DNA of 64,000 nt from Pseudomonadota bacterium. GTDB taxonomy: Bacteria; Myxococcota; JACRCW01; JAFGSX01. The position numbers were made by a program, and so were the translations under genes. The stretch spans positions 1-64,000 of the forward strand of contig JBDRCO010000070.1 in the NCBI GenBank assembly GCA_043821645.1. The letters run 5' to 3'. Shown here piece by piece: positions 38,271 to 48,010 of the stretch (positions within the stretch are counted from its first letter, which is position 1; every line of letters begins with the position of its first letter). The notes under the pieces are model-generated. The model was not told the origin of the DNA. It saw only the letters and a program-made list of their open reading frames with translations, and did not search any database.

Positions 38271-39224
38271 TTACTCCTCCTCGAACACACCCATGCGGCG
38301 GAACTTCTCGGCACGCCGCTGCAATCTGTCTTCGATGGACAGTCCGATCACGTCCTCAAGGTTGCGCACCAGAGCGTCCCGCAGATGGCCCGAGGTCTGG
38401 ACAGGGTCCCGCTGTGCACCCCCGGGTGATTCCGGGACAACCTCGTCGACGACCCCGAGCGGGAACAGATCGGCCGAGGTGAGTCGCAGATTGTCGGCCG
38501 CCTGCTCGGCTCGCGTCGCGTCTCGCCACAGAATGGACGCGCAACCCTCGGGTGTGATCACCGAGTAGATGGCGAACTGGAGCATGATCACCCGGTCCGC
38601 GATGCCCAGCGCGAGGGCGCCGCCGGAGCCACCCTCGCCGATGATCGCGGCCACCGTCGGCACCCGCAAGGCCATCATGGTCTCGAGGCTCCGTGCGATC
38701 GCCTCGGCCTGGCCCCGCTCCTCGGCCTCGATGCCGGGATAGGCACCGGGGGTGTCAATGAGGGTCACCACGGGTCGGTTGAAGCGCTCGGCGAGCGCCA
38801 TGAGGCGCATGGCCTTGCGATAGCCCTCGGGGTGGGCCATGCCGAAGTTGCGCCGGATGTTCTCCTTGGTCCCTCGCCCCTTCTGCTGGGCGATGAGCAT
38901 CACCGGGCGCTGACCCAGGCGCGCAAGCCCTCCCACCACGGCGGCGTCATCGCGAAAACCTCGATCGCCGTGCAACTCGACGAACTCGTCGAACACGTGC
39001 TCGATGTGGTCAAGGGCGAAGGGCCGGTTGGGGTGGCGGGCGAGCTGGACGATCTGCCAGCGCGTGAGCCCACGAAAGATCTCGTCGCGCAGGCGATGCG
39101 CCCGCTTCTCGAGCTTGGTGATCTCACCCTGCAGCCTCTCACCGGTGCCAAATTCCCGCAGCTCCTGGAGCTTGCGCTCCAGCTCCACCAGGGGCTTTTC
39201 GAAAGGCAAAAAATACGTCGCCAT
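38271..39224 (-). CDS. accA: Acetyl-CoA carboxylase carboxyltransferase alpha subunit
   Basis: LPFEKP, ARHPNRP, ELHGDR, PEGYRKA, DTPGAYPG, GEGGSGGAL. Start at ATG 39224. Confidence 0.97.
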   Translation of the reverse strand: MATYFLPFEKPLVELERKLQELREFGTGERLQGEITKLEKRAHRLRDEIFRGLTRWQIVQLARHPNRPFALDHIEHVFDEFVELHGDRGFRDDAAVVGGLARLGQRPVMLIAQQKGRGTKENIRRNFGMAHPEGYRKAMRLMALAERFNRPVVTLIDTPGAYPGIEAEERGQAEAIARSLETMMALRVPTVAAIIGEGGSGGALALGIADRVIMLQFAIYSVITPEGCASILWRDATRAEQAADNLRLTSADLFPLGVVDEVVPESPGGAQRDPVQTSGHLRDALVRNLEDVIGLSIEDRLQRRAEKFRRMGVFEEE

Positions 39225-39412
39225 GCGGCGCTCCGGCGTTGGGCGGTCCGTCGCGCTCGCATCCTTAGCATGCGACCTCGGCCCCGGCAACGTGGTGACC
39301 GCACGAGACGACATTCCATGGCGCGGCGCGGCAGGGTTCGAGGGCTGGGGCGCGGCAGGCGGCGCATCGCGGCCGCGGATCAGTCTTTTCTTGCGTCCCC
39401 CGCAGGGTCCGG

Positions 39413-39441
39413 TTGACAGCAGCCCTCGCTGTCCACAAGAT
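39413..39441 (+). promoter_or_regulatory. Putative sigma70-type promoter for tdk-upp-hpt
   Basis: TTGACA (39413-39418), 17-nt spacer, CAAGAT (39436-39441), upstream of GAGG and ATG 39470. Confidence 0.5.
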
Positions 39442-39469
39442 CGCGCCGACTATTGACGACGAGGTTGCC

Positions 39470-40090
39470 ATGCAGCTCACACCGACGGGCGTTGGGTGGA
39501 TAGAGGTCATCTGCGGTTCCATGTTCTCGGGCAAGAGCGAGGAACTGATCCGCCGCCTGCGCCGCGCCCAGATCGCCCGCCAGCAGGTGCAGGCCTTCAA
39601 GGCCGCCATCGACGACCGCTTCGACGAGGAACACATCGTCTCGCACAGTGAGCAGCGCCTGCAATCGGTGCCCGTGCACAATTCCGATGAGATCGTCGAC
39701 CGCCTCGACCCCGGGGCGCAGGTGGTCGGCATCGACGAGGTGCAGTTTCTTGACCCGGGTGTGGTCGAGGTGTGCGAGATGCTGGCCAACCGCGGCGTCC
39801 GCGTCATCGTGGCGGGTCTCGATCAGGACTACCGGGGCAAGCCCTTCGAGCCCGTGCCCTCGCTGATGGCCGTGGCGGAGTACGTCACCAAGGTGCACGC
39901 CATCTGCGTGCGCTGCGGCAACCCCGCCAACCGCTCCCAGCGCGTGGTCCACAACGACGAGCGCGTGGTCGTCGGGGCTGCCGGGACCTACGAGGCACGT
40001 TGCCGTCGCTGCTTCACGGGTGCACCGCTTCGCCGACCGCAACCCGCGGCGGAGCCAGTGGACGAGTCTCCTCGAAAGGTGTCCGCATGA
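39470..40090 (+). CDS. tdk: Thymidine kinase
   Basis: GSMFSGKSEEL, IDEVQF, AGLDQD, Zn site CVRC...YEARCRRC. Confidence 0.97.
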   Translation: MQLTPTGVGWIEVICGSMFSGKSEELIRRLRRAQIARQQVQAFKAAIDDRFDEEHIVSHSEQRLQSVPVHNSDEIVDRLDPGAQVVGIDEVQFLDPGVVEVCEMLANRGVRVIVAGLDQDYRGKPFEPVPSLMAVAEYVTKVHAICVRCGNPANRSQRVVHNDERVVVGAAGTYEARCRRCFTGAPLRRPQPAAEPVDESPRKVSA

Positions 40091-40923
40091 GCGCCGAGCA
40101 CGGCCCTGGCCCCGTCGACAGCGCCTACGTCAGCGTGCGTCACCCCACGGCCGAGCTCGAGCACCGCTACGGGCGTAACTACCACATCCTGGCGGACCCC
40201 TTTTTGCTCTCGCACCTGGCGCGGCTGTGCACGCACGCGGTGGTGCAGCCCCTGCTCAACAACCTGGTGCGCGACCTGTACCGCTACATCATCAAGGCCA
40301 TCCTCAATGGCGAGTTCCCGCGCTGTCGCAAGAGCTTCGTCACCCGCATGATCGACAGCTCGCCCCTGGGTGTGTGGACTGGCGAGGTGATCGACCCGGA
40401 GACCCGGGCCGTGACCGTCAACATCGCCCGCGCCGGTACCTTGCCCTCGCAGGTGGTCTTCGACTTCCTGTGCACGACCATGAACCCCTTGATGGTGCGC
40501 CAGGATCACATCGTGATGGCGCGCGCCACGGCCGACGACGGGCACGTGACGGGCACCGACGTGCACGGCCTCAAGATCGGTGGACCGGTCGACAAGAGCA
40601 TCGTGATCTTCCCGGACCCCATGGGCGCCACCGGCGGTTCGCTGTCCTCGGCCATCGACATCTACAAGAAGAGCTACGGCACGGCTCTGAAGTACATCAC
40701 CGCCAATCTCATCGTGACGCCGGAGTACCTGCGCCGCATGCACGACCGCCACCCCGACGTCATCGTGTACGCCGTACGCCTGGACCGAGGCGCCAGCGCG
40801 CCGGAGGTGCTGGCCACGACGCCCGGGGAACGCTGGGATGAGGAGAGCGGCCTGACCAGCAAGCAGTACATCGTGCCGGGAGGCGGCGGCTTCGGTGAGA
40901 TCATGAACAACGCCTACGTCTAG
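40087..40923 (+). CDS. upp: Uracil phosphoribosyltransferase, atypical long form
   Basis: IARAG, PRPP loop IFPDPMGATGGS, YIVPGGGGFGE; ATGA overlap with tdk. Confidence 0.85.
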   Translation: MSAEHGPGPVDSAYVSVRHPTAELEHRYGRNYHILADPFLLSHLARLCTHAVVQPLLNNLVRDLYRYIIKAILNGEFPRCRKSFVTRMIDSSPLGVWTGEVIDPETRAVTVNIARAGTLPSQVVFDFLCTTMNPLMVRQDHIVMARATADDGHVTGTDVHGLKIGGPVDKSIVIFPDPMGATGGSLSSAIDIYKKSYGTALKYITANLIVTPEYLRRMHDRHPDVIVYAVRLDRGASAPEVLATTPGERWDEESGLTSKQYIVPGGGGFGEIMNNAYV

Positions 40924-40944
40924 GCAAGCCGAGGAGCACGCATC

Positions 40945-41469
<525 letters not shown>

Positions 41470-41529
41470 ACTGGAGGTCGTCGGCAACACGCTGCGTCGC
41501 GCAGCGCCGACGTCCAGGAGCGTGACATC

Positions 41530-42318
41530 ATGTCCGAAGCTCAGATTCCAGCTCGTGGCGGCCGCATCAAGCTGCTGGTGATCACCATCCTCGTGGTCGG
41601 CCTGATCGGGGTGATCGCTTACCTGGCCGGGCAGCTCAACGCCCATCGCTACTACCTGGTACATGAGGAGCGTGCGCTGGTGATCTACCGTGGCGCTTCC
41701 ATTCCGCTGGTGACGCGCCCCTTCGTGCCCATCAACGAGGACGAGCGGACCGCCTATGCGCCCATCATCGTGCCCGCACGCTGGGATGGCAGCAAGCGCC
41801 TGACCTTCAATGACCGCAGCGAGCTGGATCGCGGCATCTATCAGATCATCGACAAGCGCCTGCGCGAGGAGTTTTACGGTGGCCGTGGCCCCAGCATGGA
41901 GCGAATCGACACGGACATGAAACGCGTGCAGGCCCTGAGCGGGCTCAGCGACGACGACCGGCGCGCCCTTGCCGAACTGCAGGGTGACTATGCGTTTCTC
42001 AAGGCCCGGGAGATCGTGGACGGCCTTCCCGAGCGCCTCCGCCACGCCCGGCGTCTATGCGATCAGGCCGAGGATCAGGGGACAGGCAAGCTGGGTGATC
42101 CGCGCGACCTGTCCCTGCGGCTGGCGCAGTGGATGCGCATGCTATCGCCCGAGGCCGCGACGGCGCCGATTCCGGCCGCAGCCGCCGAGAGCCCTCTGCC
42201 CCCTGCTCTGCCCTTCGCACCGCCGGCGCTTCCCTCGACGTCGGTGCAGCCCAGGCCCATTCCGGAAAACCCCCCGGTCGCACCGGAAGCTCCAGCGCCA
42301 CTGCCCGTCACACCCTGA
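41530..42318 (+). CDS. Hypothetical single-pass membrane protein with Pro-rich C-terminus
   Basis: N-terminal TM (LLVITILVVGLIGVIAYLA), helical middle, Pro/Ala-rich tail; AGGAG RBS. Confidence 0.75.
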   Translation: MSEAQIPARGGRIKLLVITILVVGLIGVIAYLAGQLNAHRYYLVHEERALVIYRGASIPLVTRPFVPINEDERTAYAPIIVPARWDGSKRLTFNDRSELDRGIYQIIDKRLREEFYGGRGPSMERIDTDMKRVQALSGLSDDDRRALAELQGDYAFLKAREIVDGLPERLRHARRLCDQAEDQGTGKLGDPRDLSLRLAQWMRMLSPEAATAPIPAAAAESPLPPALPFAPPALPSTSVQPRPIPENPPVAPEAPAPLPVTP

Positions 42319-42346
42319 CGCGGCCTGGCTCGGTGACGGCAAGCAC

Positions 42347-43183
42347 ATGACGGCACAGCCCAGGACCAAGGTGGACTACGGCCTGCGCCTGTACCACGAG
42401 GTGTTCAAGCTCGAGGCCCTGCACTTCGGACTCTGGGCCCCAGACGACCCCGACAACCTCGACGGCCTGCGCGCAGCCCAGCGCCGCTACACCGAGCAAC
42501 TCATCGCCCTGCTGCCCCCCGGTACGCAGCGCGTGCTCGACGTGGGCTGTGGCACCGGCGCCACCGCAGCCCTGCTGGTCGAGCGCGGGATCCACGTCGA
42601 GTGCATGACTCCCGACGCCTACCAGTGCCAGGTGTTCCGGCGTGTGCGAGGTGACGCGATCCCTCTGCACCAGTGCCGGCTCCAGGACTTCCAGGCACAG
42701 CGGCTCTTTGACGCGGTGCTCATGAGCGAGAGTGCGCAGTACGTCCCCGCAGCGGAGCTGTTCGCAGCTGTCCGGCGATGCCTGGAGCCAGGCGGAGCCC
42801 TGGTGCTGTCGGACTATTTTCGCTTGCAGGCGGTCGACTACTACAAGACCACCCACGTACTCGAGGACTTTCGGGCTGCCGCCAGGTCCGCGGGTTTCAC
42901 CCAGGTCCACGAAGAGGACGTGACCGAGCGGACCCTGCCCACCTTGCACCTGGGCCTCGCCATGTACCGCGACACCATTCGCCCTGTCATCGAGATCGCG
43001 GCGGGCTTCATCAGCGAGCGTGCGCCCGTGGTCCGACGTGCGGTCGAGCTGCTGTGGCGCAAGAAGCTCAAAAAGCTCAAGTGGTACCTGTACGACAAGA
43101 CCGAGCAAAAGCTCGACGCCGAGCGCTTTGCGCGCGAGCTGCGCTATCTGTTCCTGCGCTTCGAGGCGACGCGGGACGGCTGA
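42347..43183 (+). CDS. Class I SAM-dependent methyltransferase (sterol/tocopherol-MT-like)
   Basis: LHFGLW, VLDVGCGTG, FDAVLMSES, LEPGG. Start at ATG 42347. Confidence 0.88.
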   Translation: MTAQPRTKVDYGLRLYHEVFKLEALHFGLWAPDDPDNLDGLRAAQRRYTEQLIALLPPGTQRVLDVGCGTGATAALLVERGIHVECMTPDAYQCQVFRRVRGDAIPLHQCRLQDFQAQRLFDAVLMSESAQYVPAAELFAAVRRCLEPGGALVLSDYFRLQAVDYYKTTHVLEDFRAAARSAGFTQVHEEDVTERTLPTLHLGLAMYRDTIRPVIEIAAGFISERAPVVRRAVELLWRKKLKKLKWYLYDKTEQKLDAERFARELRYLFLRFEATRDG

Positions 43184-43676
43184 GCTGGCCGTTTCTGGAC
43201 CCCCGTAGCCGGACGTCCACCTCGCTCGCTGCCAAGCGTAGGATCTGACACGAAATCGCTTTGATTCGACCCTGTTGTGGGGCCCCGCCTTCACCGGCGA
43301 GTCTTTGTGTCCTCGCAAGCTCGGAAAGAAAGCCTCACCTGGGCCCCCCACATCGAGCTCCATCAATGCGATTCGGTATGACACAGCCTGGGGCTCGTGG
43401 TCGGATCCTCGACCGTCGACGGGCCTGTGCGCCACCACAAAGCAACTCCAGCGCCCCTGCGATGGTCTCATCGGTCAAAGCGATGACATCACAAGAACCT
43501 CATGATTCTCGAGGTCATCACACCTTGGAGGGGTCGAGCGCCGGCCCATCGGTCAATCGACGGAGATCAAGCCTGCGCAGGTCGCGGTAGTGAAAGGTAC
43601 CACACGTCGAGTGCCATTCATGGCACGACGGGGCTGTCCGCGGCGACCCAGAGACAAGGTCGCAAGGAAGGGATCG

Positions 43677-44555
43677 ATGAGAAGCTCACCACGACCCATG
43701 CCTGCGCTGGTGGCCACTGTGGCACTGACCCTGGCGGCCACGAGCGCGGCGCAGTCCACCCCGCCGCGCCTGCTCCATCCGCTGGACCATCCGACGGCAC
43801 GCCTGGCCAGTCTGCACATGCCGATGAATCTGGCCTTCGTGGCACAGGCCTCGTCGGGCCCCGTGTGGACCGCCCAGGGTCTGTGGCAGGCCAAACCTGC
43901 TGGCCTGCATGGTCTGCAAGCGGTGCAGGACGCCAGCCCTGCCAATGACCCGGTGTGGGACCCGAGCTCGCGCGCCTGGTACGCATATGTCTATGGCGCC
44001 CTGGTCAGGGTCGAGCCCGAGGGCAGCCTGCCAGTGGTCCTCGAGTCGCTACCCGGCCACGACTTCGATGTGCGCGCGGCCCGCGGGCTCGTGGTCTACC
44101 GGGATCCGAACAGGGATCAGCTCGTCCTGCAGCGCCTGGGGCCACGGGGTGGGCGCCGCGTGCTGCTCGAGGGAGAGTTCTACAACCCGCGATTCTCGCC
44201 CGACGGTACGCGCATCGCCGTGTCGCAGCTTTGCGACGGCGGCGGCCACCTGTGGTTGATCGAGAGCGAGACCGGTGTGACGCGCGACCTGGGCCGGGGC
44301 TACGACCCCGCCTGGAAGCCTGATGGCACGACCCTGCTCTTCCTGCGCCTCGACGACAACGGCCACGAGCTCACCGCCTCACACCTGTACACGTATATGC
44401 CCGGCAGTGGTGTCACCCGCCACCTCGCCACCACGCGCAGCCACCTGGTCACCCGCCCGACCTTCTCGCCGGACGGCCGCTGGATCGCCTTCGTCGACGA
44501 CGTGAGCGGCCAGGTGATGGCCTCGCCACTCCCTGAGAGCGGAGGTGCGCGATGA
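43677..44555 (+). CDS. Exported TolB-like (PD40) beta-propeller protein
   Basis: Signal peptide; PVWDP, PRFSPDGTRIA, PAWKPDGTTL, PTFSPDGRWIAF. Confidence 0.85.
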   Translation: MRSSPRPMPALVATVALTLAATSAAQSTPPRLLHPLDHPTARLASLHMPMNLAFVAQASSGPVWTAQGLWQAKPAGLHGLQAVQDASPANDPVWDPSSRAWYAYVYGALVRVEPEGSLPVVLESLPGHDFDVRAARGLVVYRDPNRDQLVLQRLGPRGGRRVLLEGEFYNPRFSPDGTRIAVSQLCDGGGHLWLIESETGVTRDLGRGYDPAWKPDGTTLLFLRLDDNGHELTASHLYTYMPGSGVTRHLATTRSHLVTRPTFSPDGRWIAFVDDVSGQVMASPLPESGGAR

Positions 44556-46321
44556 AGGCTCGCATCCCCACCCTCGTCGTCACTTCAGTGGTCCTGGTCC
44601 TGACCCCGGCCAGCGCCCAGGCCGTGAAGACCTTCATCAACTACAGCAACCAGACCGCGAACCGGGTCTGCGCTGGCGGTGTCGAATCGACCTACGCTGC
44701 GGACAACGCCGCGCGCCTGAAAACCCTGCTCGTCGGCTACGGCTTTGACGTGCGCACCAGCGATGACTTCTATGGTTCCAACGCAGCGGCAGCGTCCTGG
44801 GGCGCCACATCGTTTCTGTCCATCCACTCGAATGCGGGTGGGGGCCACGGCGCCGAGACGCTCAAGGGCTGGTACGGCAACAGCTCCGCCTTCGCGACCA
44901 AGGTGCAAGCTGGCCTGATGTCCAAGATCCCTTTCCAGAGCCGCGGGGTGAAGAGCGGCACCTGCGGCGGTGGTCGTTGCCGGGTGCTCAACTACAGCGG
45001 CCAGACCGCAGCCCTGGTCGAGGTGGTGTTTCACGATTGCTGTACCTCGAGTGGCTACACGGGACACCCACCTTCGGAGGCGGCCTACCTGGTCAGTAGC
45101 AGTGGTCGCCAGACCATCGCCTCGGGCTTGGCCAAGGGCCTGTGTGACTATCATGGCGTGTCCTGCACGGGCTCGACCCCGCCACCGTCCAGCTTGGGTT
45201 CGCTCAAGGGCGTGGTTTACAAAAACGGCGACCTCAACCAGCATGTCGCGCCTGCAACGATCAGGCTGAGCTCCGGCGCCACCACCAGCTACAACGGCAG
45301 CAGCGTGTGGAGCTTCGACGTCCCTGCGGGCAGCAGCTACACGATCACCGCCAGCGCCGCGGGCTTTCACACAGCCACCCGAAACTGCAACGCGGTCACC
45401 GCGGGATCCATCACCTATTGCAGCATCGAGCTGGAAGCCGAGGCTCCCGCCACCAGCACAGGATTCATCAAGGGAACGGTGTACAAGAACGGCGACACCA
45501 CGGATCGCGTGGTGCCGGCGACGCTCACCCTCAGCACCGGCGCCACAGCCAGCTACACCGATGCTGGCGCGCTGTGGTCCTTCGAGGTGCCGGTGAGCGG
45601 CAGCTACGCGATGACGGCCGGCGCAGCCGGTTACGATACCGTGACCAGGAGCTGCGGGGCGGTGACGGCGGGCGCCACCACCTGGTGCAGTGTGGAGCTG
45701 GTGCCCACCGCCGCGCCCAGCAATGGTGTGCTCCAGGGTATCGTCTATCGGGACGGCAACCAGGCCAGCGTGGTCGCGCCGGCCACCGTGACGCTCAATA
45801 CCGGTTCGACTACCACCTACAACGGCATGGACGCCTGGTCCTTCACCCTGTCCCCGGCGAGCTACACCGTGACGGTCGCGGCCGACGGCTTCGCGACGCG
45901 CAGCAACGTGGCCTGTCCGATGGTGCCGGCCGGCGGTCGCGTGCAGTGTGACGTGGAGTTGCAGCCCCTGGCCGTGCCCGATGCGGGCCATGCTCAGGAC
46001 GACGCAGGCGAGGTGGAAAGCGACGCAGGCAGTGTCGGCGGCGATGCCAGCAGCGCGGACACCGGGGAGAGCACCGACGTCGGCGGCGGAGACGCGGGCA
46101 GCGATACAGCCATCGGCGGGGATGACGCGAACAGGCCGTCGGTGAGTGCCGATGTCGTCGAGCTGGGGGACGGCTTTGGCTGTGCGGCGGGTCCGGGGCG
46201 GGCGCCGGTGTGGCTCGCCCTGCCCGCTCTGCTTCTCGGCCTGGTCTGGCGGCGCCGAACCCATGCACCGGGTGCGCGGGCAGTGCTCTCGGGCGACCCG
46301 GGCCGCCCCCCTCGGCCCTGA
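44552..46321 (+). CDS. N-acetylmuramoyl-L-alanine amidase (Amidase_3-like) with three beta-sandwich repeats and MYXO-CTERM anchor
   Basis: Signal peptide; FLSIHSNA, GHGAE, SRGVK, ALVEVVFHD; three GxxxGxVY...WSF repeats; C-terminal GFGCAA...LALPALLLGLVWRRR; ATGA overlap with the upstream gene. Confidence 0.85.
   Translation: MKARIPTLVVTSVVLVLTPASAQAVKTFINYSNQTANRVCAGGVESTYAADNAARLKTLLVGYGFDVRTSDDFYGSNAAAASWGATSFLSIHSNAGGGHGAETLKGWYGNSSAFATKVQAGLMSKIPFQSRGVKSGTCGGGRCRVLNYSGQTAALVEVVFHDCCTSSGYTGHPPSEAAYLVSSSGRQTIASGLAKGLCDYHGVSCTGSTPPPSSLGSLKGVVYKNGDLNQHVAPATIRLSSGATTSYNGSSVWSFDVPAGSSYTITASAAGFHTATRNCNAVTAGSITYCSIELEAEAPATSTGFIKGTVYKNGDTTDRVVPATLTLSTGATASYTDAGALWSFEVPVSGSYAMTAGAAGYDTVTRSCGAVTAGATTWCSVELVPTAAPSNGVLQGIVYRDGNQASVVAPATVTLNTGSTTTYNGMDAWSFTLSPASYTVTVAADGFATRSNVACPMVPAGGRVQCDVELQPLAVPDAGHAQDDAGEVESDAGSVGGDASSADTGESTDVGGGDAGSDTAIGGDDANRPSVSADVVELGDGFGCAAGPGRAPVWLALPALLLGLVWRRRTHAPGARAVLSGDPGRPPRP
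45197..45964 (+). repeat. Three tandem ~85-aa carboxypeptidase-regulatory-like beta-sandwich repeats, coding
   Basis: Units begin GSLKGVVYKNGD, GFIKGTVYKNGD, GVLQGIVYRDGN; each has WSF, A.G[FY] and a Cys pair before EL. Confidence 0.85.
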
Positions 46322-46597
46322 CGGACGACGTACCAGTCAGCACGTGCGGTCCGTTGATGGCCGCACCACATGCCTTGCCCCCGTCGTCACCTCTTGCTAG
46401 CGTGCTCGCGCCGACCTGCCACAATCCACGCGCCGGCACGCCCTGACGGCTCGGGCCACTCGGCGGCAGGAGGCAAGACAGAGCCTCGACGGCGCCCCTG
46501 GCCGTCCACAGCGACATCGATATGCCCACGGGATGACCCGCGTGCATCGATGCAGCCATTCTCCAAACCGGCCGCGTGGAGCCACGAGGAGAAGCCC

Positions 46598-48001
46598 ATG
46601 TCCCCCAAGCGACGAGTTCTGATCCTGGGAGCCGCTGGCCGCGACTTCCACAACTTCAACTGCGTCTTCCGCGACGACCCGGACCACGAGGTGGTGGCCT
46701 TCACCGCGGCCCAGATCCCCGACATCGACGACCGCAAGTACCCGGCCGCCCTGGCCGGTCCCTACTACCCGAACGGCATACCCATCGTGGCCGAGGAGGA
46801 AGCGCCTGCCCTGATCCGCAAGTACAAAATCGACGAGGTGGTGTTCTCGTACTCCGACGTGACCTACCAGCACGTGATGAGCCTGTCGTCGGTGGCCATC
46901 GCCAATGGCGCAGACTTCCGGCTGATCGGCCCCGCCAAGACCATGATCCCGTCGAGCAAGCCCGTGGTCTCGATCTGCGCGGTGCGCACCGGCTGCGGCA
47001 AGAGCCAGACTACCCGGCGCGTGGCTGAACTGCTCAAGGAGCGTGGCAAGAAACTTGTCGCGGTGCGCCACCCCATGCCCTACGGCGACCTCGCCAAGCA
47101 GAAGGTGCAGCGCTACGCCAAGCGCCAGGATCTGATCAAGCATCGCTGCACCATCGAGGAGATCGAGGAGTACGAGCCCCACATCGCCGCAGGCACCATC
47201 ATCTACGCCGGTGTCGATTACGAGGCCATCCTGCGCCAGGCCGAGCAAGAAGCCGATGTGGTGCTATGGGACGGCGGCAACAACGACCTGCCCTTCTACA
47301 AGAGCGACCTCGAGATCGTCGTCACCGATCCCCTGCGCGCGGGAAATGAGCTCAGCTACTACCCGGGCGAGGCCAACCTGCGCCGCGCCGACGTGGTCAT
47401 CATCAACAAGATCGACACCGCGCCGGCCGACGCCATCGAGACCGTGCGCGCCAACATTCGTGCCGTCAATCCCGACGCGGTGATCATCGACGCAGCCTCG
47501 CCGGTGATGGTGGACAACCCCAAGGCCGTACGCGGCAAGCGCGTGCTGGTGGTCGAGGATGGTCCGACCCTGACCCACGGAGAGATGAAGTTCGGTGCCG
47601 GCGTCATCGCCGCTCTGCATTACGGAGCGGCCGAGTTCGTGGATCCGCGCCCTTTTACCAAGGGCAGCATCGCCGCGACTTTCGAGAAGTACCCCGAGAC
47701 CGGAACCCTGCTCCCTGCCATGGGCTATGGCGACGAGCAGATGAAAGATCTCAAGGACACCATCGATGCCTGTGACTGTGACCTGGTCATCATCGGCACC
47801 CCCATCGACCTGACGCGCTACGTCTCTTTCAATAAGCCCAGCGTGCGCGTGCGCTACGACCTGCAGGAGATCGGCTCACCGACCCTGGTCGACGTCATCG
47901 ATGAGTTTCTGACCAAGCACGGCAAGCGCGCTGCCAAGGGCGGCAAGAAGGCGGCCACAAAGGCCGCGAAGAAGTCCCCGGCCAAGCGGGGCAAGCGCTA
48001 G
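46598..48001 (+). CDS. arcE: COG2403 P-loop enzyme, probable arginine synthetase (often annotated cyclic 2,3-diphosphoglycerate synthetase-like or GTPase)
   Basis: ILGAAGRDFHNFN, VVAFTAAQIP, YPNGIPI, P-loop AVRTGCGKSQ, RHPMPYG, WDGGNND, VEDGPTLTHG, PAMGY; argF starts 9 nt after its stop. Start at ATG 46598 after GAGGAG. Confidence 0.82.
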   Translation: MSPKRRVLILGAAGRDFHNFNCVFRDDPDHEVVAFTAAQIPDIDDRKYPAALAGPYYPNGIPIVAEEEAPALIRKYKIDEVVFSYSDVTYQHVMSLSSVAIANGADFRLIGPAKTMIPSSKPVVSICAVRTGCGKSQTTRRVAELLKERGKKLVAVRHPMPYGDLAKQKVQRYAKRQDLIKHRCTIEEIEEYEPHIAAGTIIYAGVDYEAILRQAEQEADVVLWDGGNNDLPFYKSDLEIVVTDPLRAGNELSYYPGEANLRRADVVIINKIDTAPADAIETVRANIRAVNPDAVIIDAASPVMVDNPKAVRGKRVLVVEDGPTLTHGEMKFGAGVIAALHYGAAEFVDPRPFTKGSIAATFEKYPETGTLLPAMGYGDEQMKDLKDTIDACDCDLVIIGTPIDLTRYVSFNKPSVRVRYDLQEIGSPTLVDVIDEFLTKHGKRAAKGGKKAATKAAKKSPAKRGKR

Positions 48002-48010
48002 GAGGAACCC

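Noticed and set aside
43270-43650. SRP RNA, c-di-GMP or ZTP riboswitch, hammerhead ribozyme
   Set aside because: I could not find the conserved core nucleotides of any of these on either strand; kept only as an unassigned structure candidate.
46598-48001. Cyclic 2,3-diphosphoglycerate synthetase call
   Set aside because: The N-terminus is the GAAGRDFHNFN type rather than the DGEHYP type I associate with CpgS; no 2-phosphoglycerate kinase is nearby and the neighbour is an OTCase.
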